In this document: positions 55,354-64,000 of the stretch, in pieces
Numbering within the stretch: position 1 is the stretch's first letter
Layout of the letters: every line of letters begins with the position of its first letter
Assembly (NCBI GenBank): GCA_905205665.1
Contig: CAJLEF010000004.1
Span: 15,582-79,581, forward strand
Length of the DNA stretch: 64,000 nt
Direction: 5' to 3'
Source of the DNA: an uncultured Bacillota bacterium
GTDB lineage: Bacteria; Bacillota_I; Bacilli_A; RF39; UBA660
Notes under the pieces: model-generated
What the model was told of the DNA's origin: nothing
Databases searched by the model: none
What the model saw: the letters and a program-made list of their open reading frames with translations, nothing else
Program-made: the position numbers and the translations under genes

Positions 55354-56223
55354 ATGGAAAAAGCAAAAGTTTATTTTACAAAGGAAATTACACCAGAAAG
55401 TTTGGTACGTTTATATGATGCTTTAGGCGTTCATTTAGATGGAAATGTAGCTGTAAAACTTCATTCAGGAGAAGAAGGTAATCAAAACTATTTACGTCCT
55501 GAGTTTTTAAAACCTATTATTGAACATGTAAATGGTACGGTTGTTGAATGTAATACTGCCTATGATGGTGCTCGTAATACTACGGAAAAACATGAGAAAT
55601 TATTAGAAAATCATGGTTGGAGTAAATATTTCAAAGTTGATCTATTAGATGCGGAAGGACCAGATAAAGAATTATCTATTCCCGATGGTTTTCAAATTAA
55701 AAAAGATTATGTTGGAAAAGACATTGATAATTATGATTCTATGCTTGTTTTATCCCATTTTAAAGGACATCCAATGGGGGGTTATGGAGGAGCTTTAAAA
55801 CAACTTTCTATTGGTATTGCATCTAGTTATGGTAAAGCTTATATCCATGGAGCAGGGGATCCTGATAAACTTTGGACAGCTCCACATGATGATTTTTTAG
55901 AAAGTATGGCGGATGCAGCTTATGCTGTTCATACAAAATTTAAAGATCATGTTGTCTATTTAAATGTTATGAAGAATATGAGTGTGGATTGTGATTGTTG
56001 TGCTGTTGCAGAAGATCCTTGTTTAAAAGATATTGGTGTTTTAATTAGTACGGATCCAATTGCTATTGATAAGGCTTGCCTTGAATTAGTCAATTCTTCT
56101 AATGATGAAGGTGTAGCCCATTTTATGGAAAGAGTAAATTCAAGAAATGGTTTTCACACGATTGAAACGGCTGTTAAACATGGTTTTGGCACTACTGATT
56201 ATGAATTAATAAATATTGACTAA
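55354..56223 (+). CDS. DUF362-family putative Fe-S protein
   Basis: KVYFTK...VAVKLHSGEEGN.NYLRPEF...ECNTAY.GAR and a Cys cluster SVDCDCCA. AAGGAAG Shine-Dalgarno precedes the ATG at 55354. Confidence 0.6.
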   Translation: MEKAKVYFTKEITPESLVRLYDALGVHLDGNVAVKLHSGEEGNQNYLRPEFLKPIIEHVNGTVVECNTAYDGARNTTEKHEKLLENHGWSKYFKVDLLDAEGPDKELSIPDGFQIKKDYVGKDIDNYDSMLVLSHFKGHPMGGYGGALKQLSIGIASSYGKAYIHGAGDPDKLWTAPHDDFLESMADAAYAVHTKFKDHVVYLNVMKNMSVDCDCCAVAEDPCLKDIGVLISTDPIAIDKACLELVNSSNDEGVAHFMERVNSRNGFHTIETAVKHGFGTTDYELINID

Positions 56224-56346
56224 TAATAAAAAATCGCTTTTTCAGATTTCATGAAATAGTGCGATTTTTTTGCCCACTAATACATTTTTTTAATTAGCTA
56301 GAAAATCATAAAAATATTTTGTATAATAGCGGAAATAGGAGTTGCT

Positions 56347-57525
56347 ATGAAAGAAGAAAAAATAAAAGAATATATAAACCAAATAGGTAATATTTTATAT
56401 CAAGATAAAAATAAAAAAGCAGCATTTTGTCAAAATATTTTTGGCCTTTTTTATGATGAAAAATTAAGCGCCGATAAGATAAAAAGTGATATAGAAACTT
56501 ACTTTTTAGGTCAAGGGTGTAAAATGCTAAATGACAATTTGAATATTGTGAAAAAAAATAAATATTTTTCTCAAACAGACTTTAAACCGGATTTGTTGCT
56601 TTCCTTAAATCTATATCAACCACTTTCTGCAGCAGATGATTCTTTTAATAGCCTTGAAATTCCCAGTGATTTTAATGTTCAAGAATATGTTAAAAATTTT
56701 TTTGCCATTTATTTTCCGGATAAAATGGAGGAAGTGGATGATATATTCAAAAATAAAATAGAAGTAAGAAAAGGAAAAAGAAGAAGTGTGGCAACAGCAG
56801 ATAAAATTGTTTTGTATTATCAAAATAAAGTACAAAGTGTTTTGACTTTAGCTCATGAAGTATCTCATATGCTTTTTATGGGACAAATGAAGTGCTCTTC
56901 TTTAAAGGAAGTAGAATCCATGCTTACAGAAGAAATGTTCTTAAAATATTTGCTGAAAGAAAAAGCTCCAGTGTTAATAGGAACAGAAAGAAGAGCCTTT
57001 TCTTCTACGGATATATTGTCTTATCATCAACTTATTTATCAAGGAATTAATAATCTTTGCTTTAGAATGCAAAAAGAAATGTACTTAAAGGAATTATTAG
57101 ATACCTATAAATGCTTTACGCCTTATCTTTTACAAAAATTTGCTAATTCGGTAGATTTTTTAGATGTTTTAAAAAATGGGCTTTATATAAAGAATGGTAT
57201 TTTAGCTAATTATTTAAACAGCAATATAACTTACCATGAAAATTATGACGCTTTAAATGGAAAGCATTTACAAAATGAAGTGCGTTTTATTTATGCGGGT
57301 CTTGTTACGTCTATTTTCGAAAGTAAAAATTTTGAAGAACAAATTGAAATTTATAAGAATTACTTTCAAACTATGTCTTCATTAAATAGTACAAATATAG
57401 TAGATATTATGAAATATTTAGAAAATCTTTTAAAAACAAATTTAGATTTTCAAACCATTTCATCATTTTATCAAAGTGCTTTAAAAAAATCTTTTGATAA
57501 TCCAAAAATGTTATTGAAGAATTAA
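56347..57525 (+). CDS. Hypothetical protein with a HEXXH zinc-metallopeptidase motif
   Basis: LTLAHEVSHMLF, with a downstream Glu-rich segment (SLKEVESMLTEEMF). I could not assign a family. Confidence 0.4.
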   Translation: MKEEKIKEYINQIGNILYQDKNKKAAFCQNIFGLFYDEKLSADKIKSDIETYFLGQGCKMLNDNLNIVKKNKYFSQTDFKPDLLLSLNLYQPLSAADDSFNSLEIPSDFNVQEYVKNFFAIYFPDKMEEVDDIFKNKIEVRKGKRRSVATADKIVLYYQNKVQSVLTLAHEVSHMLFMGQMKCSSLKEVESMLTEEMFLKYLLKEKAPVLIGTERRAFSSTDILSYHQLIYQGINNLCFRMQKEMYLKELLDTYKCFTPYLLQKFANSVDFLDVLKNGLYIKNGILANYLNSNITYHENYDALNGKHLQNEVRFIYAGLVTSIFESKNFEEQIEIYKNYFQTMSSLNSTNIVDIMKYLENLLKTNLDFQTISSFYQSALKKSFDNPKMLLKN

Positions 57526-57565
57526 TCAAAAAGACCATATCATTTTGACATGGCTTTTTAATTTA

Positions 57566-58402
57566 TTATATTTCTTTTAATTTTATGATTTCTTCTTCAG
57601 ATAATTCAGTAACTTTTTGAATAATATTTAAGGAAATATTTTCAAGAAGCATATTTTTGGCAACTTCAATATTTCTTTCTTTTTTGCCAGCTTCAGTAGC
57701 TTCTTTAAGTTCAGTATTATGGCACTTTTCTTCATCTTCTTCTTTGGTCATATAACTAAAAAATTCTGGGTCTTCATTTACTTTCTTAACTTCGTTCATA
57801 AATTTGATCACCTTTCTATCATTTGACAATTTTGCCAAGTCTTCTTCATTTAAATCAAGCATAATTAAATACTTGAATTTCTGAATGTTTACTTCGTCTT
57901 TAGCATACCAATAATTTAAGACTTTGTCCATATTCCATTCGACAATTTTAAAGTTACGAACAAAGTTTTTCTCACCATCATTCAAAGTATAAATCCGACA
58001 TATTTTATTGTCTTTCTTATTCATACCATAAGTAAGATTTAATTGGATGATTAAAGTATCTTCACTGTAGCTATCACCTTTTAAAGTGTATCTACTGTAA
58101 ACATTACATAAGAAGGCTAAGTTTCTGGTATGAAGATAATCTTTAGGTTCTGAGTTAATCTCAATACCAATATAACCTTCACTCGTTTTTAAAAGTAAAT
58201 CACAATACTTTTTACGAGTATTAATATTACCTTGAAGAGTTTCCACATTAAGTCTTTGAATCTCATAAACTTTAAGGCTTAAAGTTAGTTCTAGTAAAGC
58301 TACTAATAAATCCTCATTTTCTTCTTTTAAAAAGACTTCTTTAAATGTTCTGTCGTAACGACAACTGTAAAATTTTTTTGTTTCTTCTAATTCTCTTATC
58401 AT
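57566..58402 (-). CDS. Rpn-family recombination-promoting nuclease / PD-(D/E)XK putative transposase, copy 1
   Basis: N-terminal YDRTFKEVF...LL..LL pattern, CDLLLKTSEGYIGIEINS (D...E.K-type core), and a C-terminal LSEEEIIKL tail. Confidence 0.65.
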   Translation of the reverse strand: MIRELEETKKFYSCRYDRTFKEVFLKEENEDLLVALLELTLSLKVYEIQRLNVETLQGNINTRKKYCDLLLKTSEGYIGIEINSEPKDYLHTRNLAFLCNVYSRYTLKGDSYSEDTLIIQLNLTYGMNKKDNKICRIYTLNDGEKNFVRNFKIVEWNMDKVLNYWYAKDEVNIQKFKYLIMLDLNEEDLAKLSNDRKVIKFMNEVKKVNEDPEFFSYMTKEEDEEKCHNTELKEATEAGKKERNIEVAKNMLLENISLNIIQKVTELSEEEIIKLKEI

Positions 58403-58513
58403 GTCTAGTGTCCTTTTCTAAGAAAGATAACTTTGCTAGCTTTAAATTATCCTTCTACTTATATATACAAGAAAAATCTTCGATTTCCTTTTTTTTATGT
58501 GTAATTTGTCAAA
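57687..58513. repeat. Tandem duplication unit 1 (827 bp)
   Basis: Near-identical to 58715..59541 at a constant offset of 1028 bp. It covers the nuclease core plus ~110 bp of 5' leader/promoter. Confidence 0.9.
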
Positions 58514-58566
58514 AAAATTTTAATAAATTAAAAAATAAGCCCATTTAAGGCTTAATTTTTGTGAGT

Positions 58567-59430
58567 TTACATATTATTTTTAAGTTTTAAAATTTCTTCT
58601 TCAGATAACTTTGATATCTTTATAATATCCTTCATAGGCATGTTACTTTGTAACATTTCTTTAGCCATATTTTCATATGCTTCTTTTTTGCCAATATCAA
58701 TACCAGCAGTTAAACCAGCTTCAGTGGCTTCTTTAAGCTCAGTATTATGGCATTTTTCTTCATCTTCTTCTTTGGTCATATAACTAAAAAATTCTGGGTC
58801 TTCATTTACTTTCTTAACTTCATTCATAAATTTCATTACCTTTCTATCATTTGACAATTTTGCCAAGTCTTCTTCATTTAAATCAAGCATAATTAAATAC
58901 TTGAATTTCTGAATGTTTACTTCGTCTTTAGCATACCAATAATTTAAGACTTTGTCCATATTCCATTCGACAATTTTAAAGTTACGAACAAAGTTTTTCT
59001 CACCATCATTCAAAGTATAAATCCGACATATTTTATTGTCTTTCTTATTCATACCATAAGTAAGATTTAATTGGATGATTAAAGTATCTTCACTGTAGCT
59101 ATCACCTTTTAAAGTGTATCTACTGTAAACATTACATAAGAAGGCTAAGTTTCTGGTATGAAGATAATCTTTAGGTTCTGAGTTAATCTCAATACCAATA
59201 TAACCTTCACTCGTTTTTAAAAGTAAATCACAATACTTTTTACGAGTATTAATATTACCTTGAAGAGTTTCCACATTAAGTCTTTGAATCTCATAAACTT
59301 TAAGGCTTAAAGTTAGTTCTAGTAAAGCTACTAATAAATCCTCATTTTCTTCTTTTAAAAAGACTTCTTTAAATGTTCTGTCGTAACGACAACTGTAAAA
59401 TTTTTTTGTTTCTTCTAATTCTCTTATCAT
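58567..59430 (-). CDS. Rpn-family recombination-promoting nuclease / PD-(D/E)XK putative transposase, copy 2
   Basis: The first ~240 aa are identical to copy 1 except one residue (VIKF versus VMKF). The C-terminal ~45 aa differ. Confidence 0.65.
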   Translation of the reverse strand: MIRELEETKKFYSCRYDRTFKEVFLKEENEDLLVALLELTLSLKVYEIQRLNVETLQGNINTRKKYCDLLLKTSEGYIGIEINSEPKDYLHTRNLAFLCNVYSRYTLKGDSYSEDTLIIQLNLTYGMNKKDNKICRIYTLNDGEKNFVRNFKIVEWNMDKVLNYWYAKDEVNIQKFKYLIMLDLNEEDLAKLSNDRKVMKFMNEVKKVNEDPEFFSYMTKEEDEEKCHNTELKEATEAGLTAGIDIGKKEAYENMAKEMLQSNMPMKDIIKISKLSEEEILKLKNNM

Positions 59431-59541
59431 GTCTAGTGTCCTTTTCTAAGAAAGATAACTTTGCTAGCTTTAAATTATCCTTCTACTTATATATACAAGA
59501 AAAATCTCTGATTTCCTTTTTTTTCGGTGTAATTTGTCAAA
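58715..59541. repeat. Tandem duplication unit 2 (827 bp)
   Basis: Near-identical to 57687..58513, with a handful of substitutions. Confidence 0.9.
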
Positions 59542-59631
59542 TTTATTGCAAAATTATAAAATTAATTAAGTAATGTTTGTTCTTTTAAATGCTAAAATTT
59601 CTCGGTATAATAAAGAACAAGGAGAAAGTGT

Positions 59632-61098
59632 ATGAAAGAATTATTAATACCTGTTGGTTCTATGGAAGCTTTAAAATATGCCGTGCTAAATGGGGCAGAT
59701 GCGGTTTACTTAGGTGGAAAAAGATTTGGAGCCCGTGCTTATGCTCAAAATTTTGATGATGAAACTTTAAAAGAAGCCCTTTTGTTTGCCCATTTATATG
59801 GGGTAAAAGTTTATGTTACGGTGAACACTTTAATATTTGAAAGAGAGCTTCAAAATGTTCAAGACTATCTTATCTTTTTAGAAAGTATTCATGTGGACGC
59901 TGTTATTGTTTCGGATTTAGGAATTATTTCTTGGCTTCATCAAAATTTGCCTAATTTAAATGTTCATGTTTCGACACAAGCTCATACTTTTAATGCCGAT
60001 ATTATTCGCTTTTATAAAAATTTAGGAGTAACCAGAGTTGTTGTGGATAGAGAAATGTCTTTAGATGAAATTAAAGCGTTACCTGATATTTTAGAGATTG
60101 AATGCTTTATCCATGGCGCTTTATGTGTTTGCTATTCGGGCCAATGTCTATTTAGTTATTTTAAAGATGGTCGTAGTGGTAACAGAGGAACTTGTTCACA
60201 AAGTTGTCGCATGCCTTACAACCTTTTTAAAGACGGAAAGAAACTAGAGACCGACGGAAAATACCTTTTATCTACCAAAGAGCTTAACACATCTTTACAT
60301 ATTGATGAGTTACTAAAAAGTAATATTACCTCTTTTAAAGTAGAAGGAAGAATGAAAAGTCCTCTTTATGTAGGGTTTATTACCCGTTTTTATCGTCGTC
60401 TTTTTGATGGTGAAAAGATAACCTCAAAAGATAGAAAAGATTTAAAAGTTATGTTTAACAGAGAGTTTACAGATGGTTATTTATTTAACGAAAAAAATAT
60501 TATGAATTTTAAAACGCCTAATCATCAAGGGATAAACTTAGGAAAAGTCATTGAGGTGCATAAAGATAAAATCAAAATTCTTTTAGAAGAAGATATTCAA
60601 CAAGAAGATGGGATTCGTTTTAAAAACAAAGATATGGGCTTTATTGTTAATTTCTTATACGATGAAAAAGGCAAACTTATAAATCATGCTTCGAAAGGAA
60701 GTATCATTTACGTAGATAATAAAGTCAATTTAAAAGATAAAGATATTGTCCTAAAGACTTTAGATAAAAAACTAATGAATGAAATCGCTAATTACGAGCC
60801 ACGTAAAGTAGACATTGATTTGACAGTGAAAGTAACCGAAGATATTTTTTCATTAACTCTTAAAGATTCTCATCATGAAATAAATGTTTCTGAAAAAATC
60901 GTTTCCAAAGCCTTAAAAAGAAGTATTACCAAAGAAGAAATAAAAAAACAAATGGATCGTTTAAAAGATACACCTTTTAAAATAAGAAACATAACGATTG
61001 ATATTCCTGAAAATATTTTTATTCCGGTTTCTAAAATGAATGAAATAAGAAGAGAAGCTGTTTCAAAGCTAATAGAGAAGAGGGAAAATTATGTATAG
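59632..61098 (+). CDS. U32-family peptidase-like protein (YrrO/TrhP-type)
   Basis: ECFIHGALCVCYSGQCLFS....GRSGNRGTCSQSCR signature. Confidence 0.85.
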   Translation: MKELLIPVGSMEALKYAVLNGADAVYLGGKRFGARAYAQNFDDETLKEALLFAHLYGVKVYVTVNTLIFERELQNVQDYLIFLESIHVDAVIVSDLGIISWLHQNLPNLNVHVSTQAHTFNADIIRFYKNLGVTRVVVDREMSLDEIKALPDILEIECFIHGALCVCYSGQCLFSYFKDGRSGNRGTCSQSCRMPYNLFKDGKKLETDGKYLLSTKELNTSLHIDELLKSNITSFKVEGRMKSPLYVGFITRFYRRLFDGEKITSKDRKDLKVMFNREFTDGYLFNEKNIMNFKTPNHQGINLGKVIEVHKDKIKILLEEDIQQEDGIRFKNKDMGFIVNFLYDEKGKLINHASKGSIIYVDNKVNLKDKDIVLKTLDKKLMNEIANYEPRKVDIDLTVKVTEDIFSLTLKDSHHEINVSEKIVSKALKRSITKEEIKKQMDRLKDTPFKIRNITIDIPENIFIPVSKMNEIRREAVSKLIEKRENYV

Positions 61099-61720
61099 TG
61101 TTTTTGTTCATACTAAAGAGCAATATGATGTTGTTAAAAATTATCCCGTTAGTATGATTTATACGGATAATGAAAGTCTTTTAAAAGAGGATAAAAATAT
61201 ATATTATCAAGTACGTCGTTATCCCCATGAAAGAGAGCTACCTCAAAATATTTTAATTCAAGATTTAGGTTGTCTTTTAGAAACTCATGATAAAAACATT
61301 GTGACGGATACTAATTTAAATGTTGCCAATTCTTTAGCTATTGAAAAATTACTTTCTTTAGGAGTTTCAAAAATAACCTTGTCTTTAGAATGTACTTTAA
61401 ATGAGCTTAAGTTTTTAAATAAAGCAAGTGAATATCCTTTAGAAGTTATTTTATATGGTCGACCTGAAGTTATGCTATTAAAAAGTTATCCTTTAATAAA
61501 AGAAAATGGTTATGAATTAGAAGATTATGAAAAGAAAAAATATCCTATTTTAGTTGATCAAGAAAAGCATGTTCATATTTATCAATATGAAGTAATGAAT
61601 AAACTAGACTTACAAAAAGATTATGAAGCCTTAGGAATTCATCATTTTCGTCTACAATTTATTTTTGAAACAAAAGAAGAAGTTACAAAAATTATGGATA
61701 AAATATATCATTTAGAATAA
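61091..61720 (+). CDS. U32-family-related protein (YrrN-like, short)
   Basis: It overlaps the preceding U32 gene by 8 nt and has a YGRPEVMLLKSYPL segment. B. subtilis has paired U32 genes (yrrN-yrrO). Confidence 0.55.
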   Translation: MYSVFVHTKEQYDVVKNYPVSMIYTDNESLLKEDKNIYYQVRRYPHERELPQNILIQDLGCLLETHDKNIVTDTNLNVANSLAIEKLLSLGVSKITLSLECTLNELKFLNKASEYPLEVILYGRPEVMLLKSYPLIKENGYELEDYEKKKYPILVDQEKHVHIYQYEVMNKLDLQKDYEALGIHHFRLQFIFETKEEVTKIMDKIYHLE

Positions 61721-61792
61721 AGACCTTTTTGAAGCACTCTTGTCATAAAGAGTGTTTTTTGCTACAATGTTTATGAATTAAGTAGGTGAAAT

Positions 61793-62032
61793 ATGGAAAA
61801 GACAAGTTTGTTTAGTGTCCAAGAATTTGATGCTGCGAATGCAAAATTAATCCTAAAAGAAGTCGAGGAAATCTTAAAAGAAAGAGGGTATAATCCGATT
61901 AACCAGATTGTTGGTTATCTTTTAAGTGGTGATCCAGGCTTTATCACAAATTATAAGGAAGCAAGAGAAAAAATAACGAGTTTAGATCGAGCAGATTTAC
62001 TCTCATTTATTTTAACGGAGTATTTAAAATGA
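61793..62032 (+). CDS. ireB: IreB/UPF0297-family protein (YrzL-like)
   Basis: KERGYNPINQIVGYLLSGDPGFITNY. Confidence 0.8.
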   Translation: MEKTSLFSVQEFDAANAKLILKEVEEILKERGYNPINQIVGYLLSGDPGFITNYKEAREKITSLDRADLLSFILTEYLK

Positions 62033-62454
62033 GATATTTAGGCTTAGATTTAGGTACTAAGACACTTGGTATCTCGGTGAGTGATAAAACCAATACTATC
62101 GCGACACCCCTTGTAACGAAAAGATTTGCCGAAAATGATTATGAAAGTGTCTTAGATGATTTAGAGGCAATCGTTAAAGAAAAACAAATTACAGATTTTG
62201 TCTTAGGACTACCTAAAAATATGAATAATTCTCTTGGTTTTGCCGCGGAACGAAGTGAAAATTTTGCCCGTCTTTTAGACGAAAGATTTCATCTTCCGGT
62301 TCATTTTGTAGATGAAAGATTAACAACGGTGGAAGCAGAAAATATTTTGCTCATGGGCGATAAGAGTCGTAAAAAACGTAAAAAAGTGATTGATAATGTG
62401 GCATCATCTCTCATATTGGAAACCTATTTAAAAAAGAAAGGAAACTTGAAATGA
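62029..62454 (+). CDS. ruvX: YqgF/RuvX putative pre-16S rRNA nuclease
   Basis: MRYLGLDLGTKTLGISVSD, GLPKNMNNS and VDERLTTVEAE. Confidence 0.9.
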   Translation: MRYLGLDLGTKTLGISVSDKTNTIATPLVTKRFAENDYESVLDDLEAIVKEKQITDFVLGLPKNMNNSLGFAAERSENFARLLDERFHLPVHFVDERLTTVEAENILLMGDKSRKKRKKVIDNVASSLILETYLKKKGNLK

Positions 62455-62744
62455 AAGAAAATTCTCCTGTAAATAACAACGTCTTTAATATCAAAGACGA
62501 AAATGGAAATGTTATAGAATGTGAAGTTCTATTTACTTTTGATTCACCAGAAACAAATAAAAGTTATCTTGTTTATACCGACAATAAAAAAACAGAGGAA
62601 GGCGCTTTACAAATATATGCCAACATTTATGATAAAACAGGCCAAAATAAAAATTTAATGCCTATCGAAACCGAAGAAGAATGGAATACAGTGGAAGCTA
62701 TCTTAGCCAAATTAGAACAAAAAGATAAGGAAGAAAATAAGTGA
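62451..62744 (+). CDS. DUF1292-family protein
   Basis: DENGNVIECEVLFTFDS....SYLVYTD pattern; conserved position between ruvX and mltG. Confidence 0.75.
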   Translation: MKENSPVNNNVFNIKDENGNVIECEVLFTFDSPETNKSYLVYTDNKKTEEGALQIYANIYDKTGQNKNLMPIETEEEWNTVEAILAKLEQKDKEENK

Positions 62745-63799
62745 AAAAAGTAATCATTATTATATGTAGTTTAATTATTTTAGTCTGCCTTTTTTTAGGT
62801 GGTTTTTATGTCTGGGGCTTAGGTGCTTTAGGGGGAAGTGAAAAAGTAAACTTTATTATTGAAGCTGGAACAAGTAAACAAGATATTGCTAAAAACTTAC
62901 AAAATGCTCATTTAATTCGTAATGAGTATGTCTTAGATGCCTATCTTTACTTAACTCGTCCAACGATTCAAGCAGGGGAATATGAGTTATCTCCTTCTAT
63001 GACACCTAAAGAAATCATAGATAAATTTAAAAGTGGTGATATTGTTGTCAAAACCGTTAATGTTACTTTATTAGAAGGGGAGTCCGTAGCAGATTATGCA
63101 GAAACTCTTTCTAAAACCCTTTCTTTTACGAAAGAAGAGTTTTTAAGTACGATTAAAGATAAAGAATTTTTACAAACTTTGATTGAAAAATATTGGTTTT
63201 TAACGGATGAAGTTTTAAATGAACAACTATATGAACCACTAGAAGGATATTTTTATCCAGATACTTATGAATTTATGCAAAATGCCAGTATATCTGATGT
63301 TGTTTTAACCATTTTAAATAATGCCGAACAAAAATTAGATACCGTAAAAGAAGATATTACAAATAGTGGATATACCACTCATCAAATCTTAACCCTTGCT
63401 TCGTTAGTAGAAAAAGAAGGAATTACCAAGGAGGACCGTCAAAAAATAGCCCAAGTCTTTTATAAAAGATTAAGCATTAATATGCCTTTAGGAAGTGACA
63501 TTAGTACTTACTATGGTGTTCATAAAAGTATGCGTGCTGGCGAGTTAACTTTTCAAGACATCTATAACGTGAATCCTTATAACACCCGTTTGACAGATGG
63601 CCAAATGAATGGTAAACTACCTATTGGACCGGTTGATAATGCCTCTTTAGACGCCATTTGGGCGACACTTCATAAAACCGAGACAAATTATATTTATTTT
63701 ATAGCAAATACGTGTACCAAAGAAGTTTTCTTCTTTGAGGATTACAACGGCTTTTTACAAAAAGGCAGTGAACTCCGTAGTATTTGTGAGACAAATTAA
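62741..63799 (+). CDS. mltG: Endolytic murein transglycosylase MltG (YceG-like)
   Basis: N-terminal TM helix, AGEYEL, TLLEG, ILTLASLVEKE, YNTRL..G.LPIGPV.N. Confidence 0.9.
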   Translation: MKKVIIIICSLIILVCLFLGGFYVWGLGALGGSEKVNFIIEAGTSKQDIAKNLQNAHLIRNEYVLDAYLYLTRPTIQAGEYELSPSMTPKEIIDKFKSGDIVVKTVNVTLLEGESVADYAETLSKTLSFTKEEFLSTIKDKEFLQTLIEKYWFLTDEVLNEQLYEPLEGYFYPDTYEFMQNASISDVVLTILNNAEQKLDTVKEDITNSGYTTHQILTLASLVEKEGITKEDRQKIAQVFYKRLSINMPLGSDISTYYGVHKSMRAGELTFQDIYNVNPYNTRLTDGQMNGKLPIGPVDNASLDAIWATLHKTETNYIYFIANTCTKEVFFFEDYNGFLQKGSELRSICETN

Positions 63800-63813
63800 T
63801 AGGAGAGTAAGTA

Positions 63814-64000
63814 ATGAAACAATTAATCATGGATATGGAAGAATACGCGAAAGAGAATAATATCCCTATTATGCAAAAAGAAGGCATTGCCTTTTTAATG
63901 AAATATATTAAAAATAATCATGTCAAAAATGTTTTAGAAATAGGGAGTGCTATCGGCTATTCAGCTATTTTAATGGCTTCTTCTAGCGCAGAATGTAAAG
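63814..64000 (+). CDS. Class I SAM-dependent O-methyltransferase (YrrM/TrmR-like), 5' part only (runs off the window)
   Basis: AGGAG Shine-Dalgarno. MKQLIMDMEEYAKENNIPIMQKEGIAFL...VLEIGSAIGYSAILMA is SAM motif I. It is not in the ORF track because no stop codon falls in the window. Confidence 0.7.
   Translation, partial: MKQLIMDMEEYAKENNIPIMQKEGIAFLMKYIKNNHVKNVLEIGSAIGYSAILMASSSAECK

Noticed and set aside
1-64000. Alternative genetic code (TGA as a sense codon, as in Mollicutes, or TAA reassignment) as the explanation for the two in-frame TAA codons
   Set aside because: Conserved genes end at their expected lengths on TAA (ftsK, sufC, miaB, mraY, recD2) and on TGA (the sigma factor, GT4, GT2, ireB, ruvX). 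The standard code 11 therefore fits, and the two internal TAAs are local events.

Overview
This window is a low-GC (about 30% by eye) Firmicutes-type chromosome segment with a strong plus-strand gene bias. It uses the standard bacterial code, since both TGA and TAA end conserved genes at their expected positions. Most of it is housekeeping. It opens inside a VirB4-type conjugation ATPase gene. It then runs through a pgsA-like/HD fusion, ftsK, two membrane-anchored cell-wall hydrolases, a reduced sufC-sufD-sufS-sufU operon, miaB, radC and pbp2B-mraY. Next come an ECF sigma pair, a VanY/LdcB carboxypeptidase, tRNA-Met, recD2, LemA/TPM, a Y-family polymerase with YolD, and a U32-ireB-ruvX-DUF1292-mltG-methyltransferase block. 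The accessory content lies in four places. (1) A surface-protein gene has a last ~60 codons and 3' flank that jump to ~60% GC, followed by a structured noncoding segment resembling a group II intron domain I fragment. (2) There is a ~9 kb Wzx/Wzy polysaccharide locus at 31.5-40.3 kb. (3) A ~7 kb islet at 40.3-47.4 kb separates that locus from an XRE-HTH::RmlA fusion gene. The islet holds a HEPN-motif gene bracketed by 60-bp direct repeats, a NERD-HRDC gene, an IS4/IS1634-type transposase remnant, and a ~1060-codon prepilin-type adhesin reading frame broken by one in-frame TAA. (4) Two Rpn/PD-(D/E)XK nuclease genes form a tandem duplication with near-identical cores and swapped C-terminal tails. 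A MerR regulator also carries a single in-frame TAA. I found no CRISPR array, rRNA gene, intact IS or prophage. All functional calls rest on motif recognition by eye and need database confirmation.
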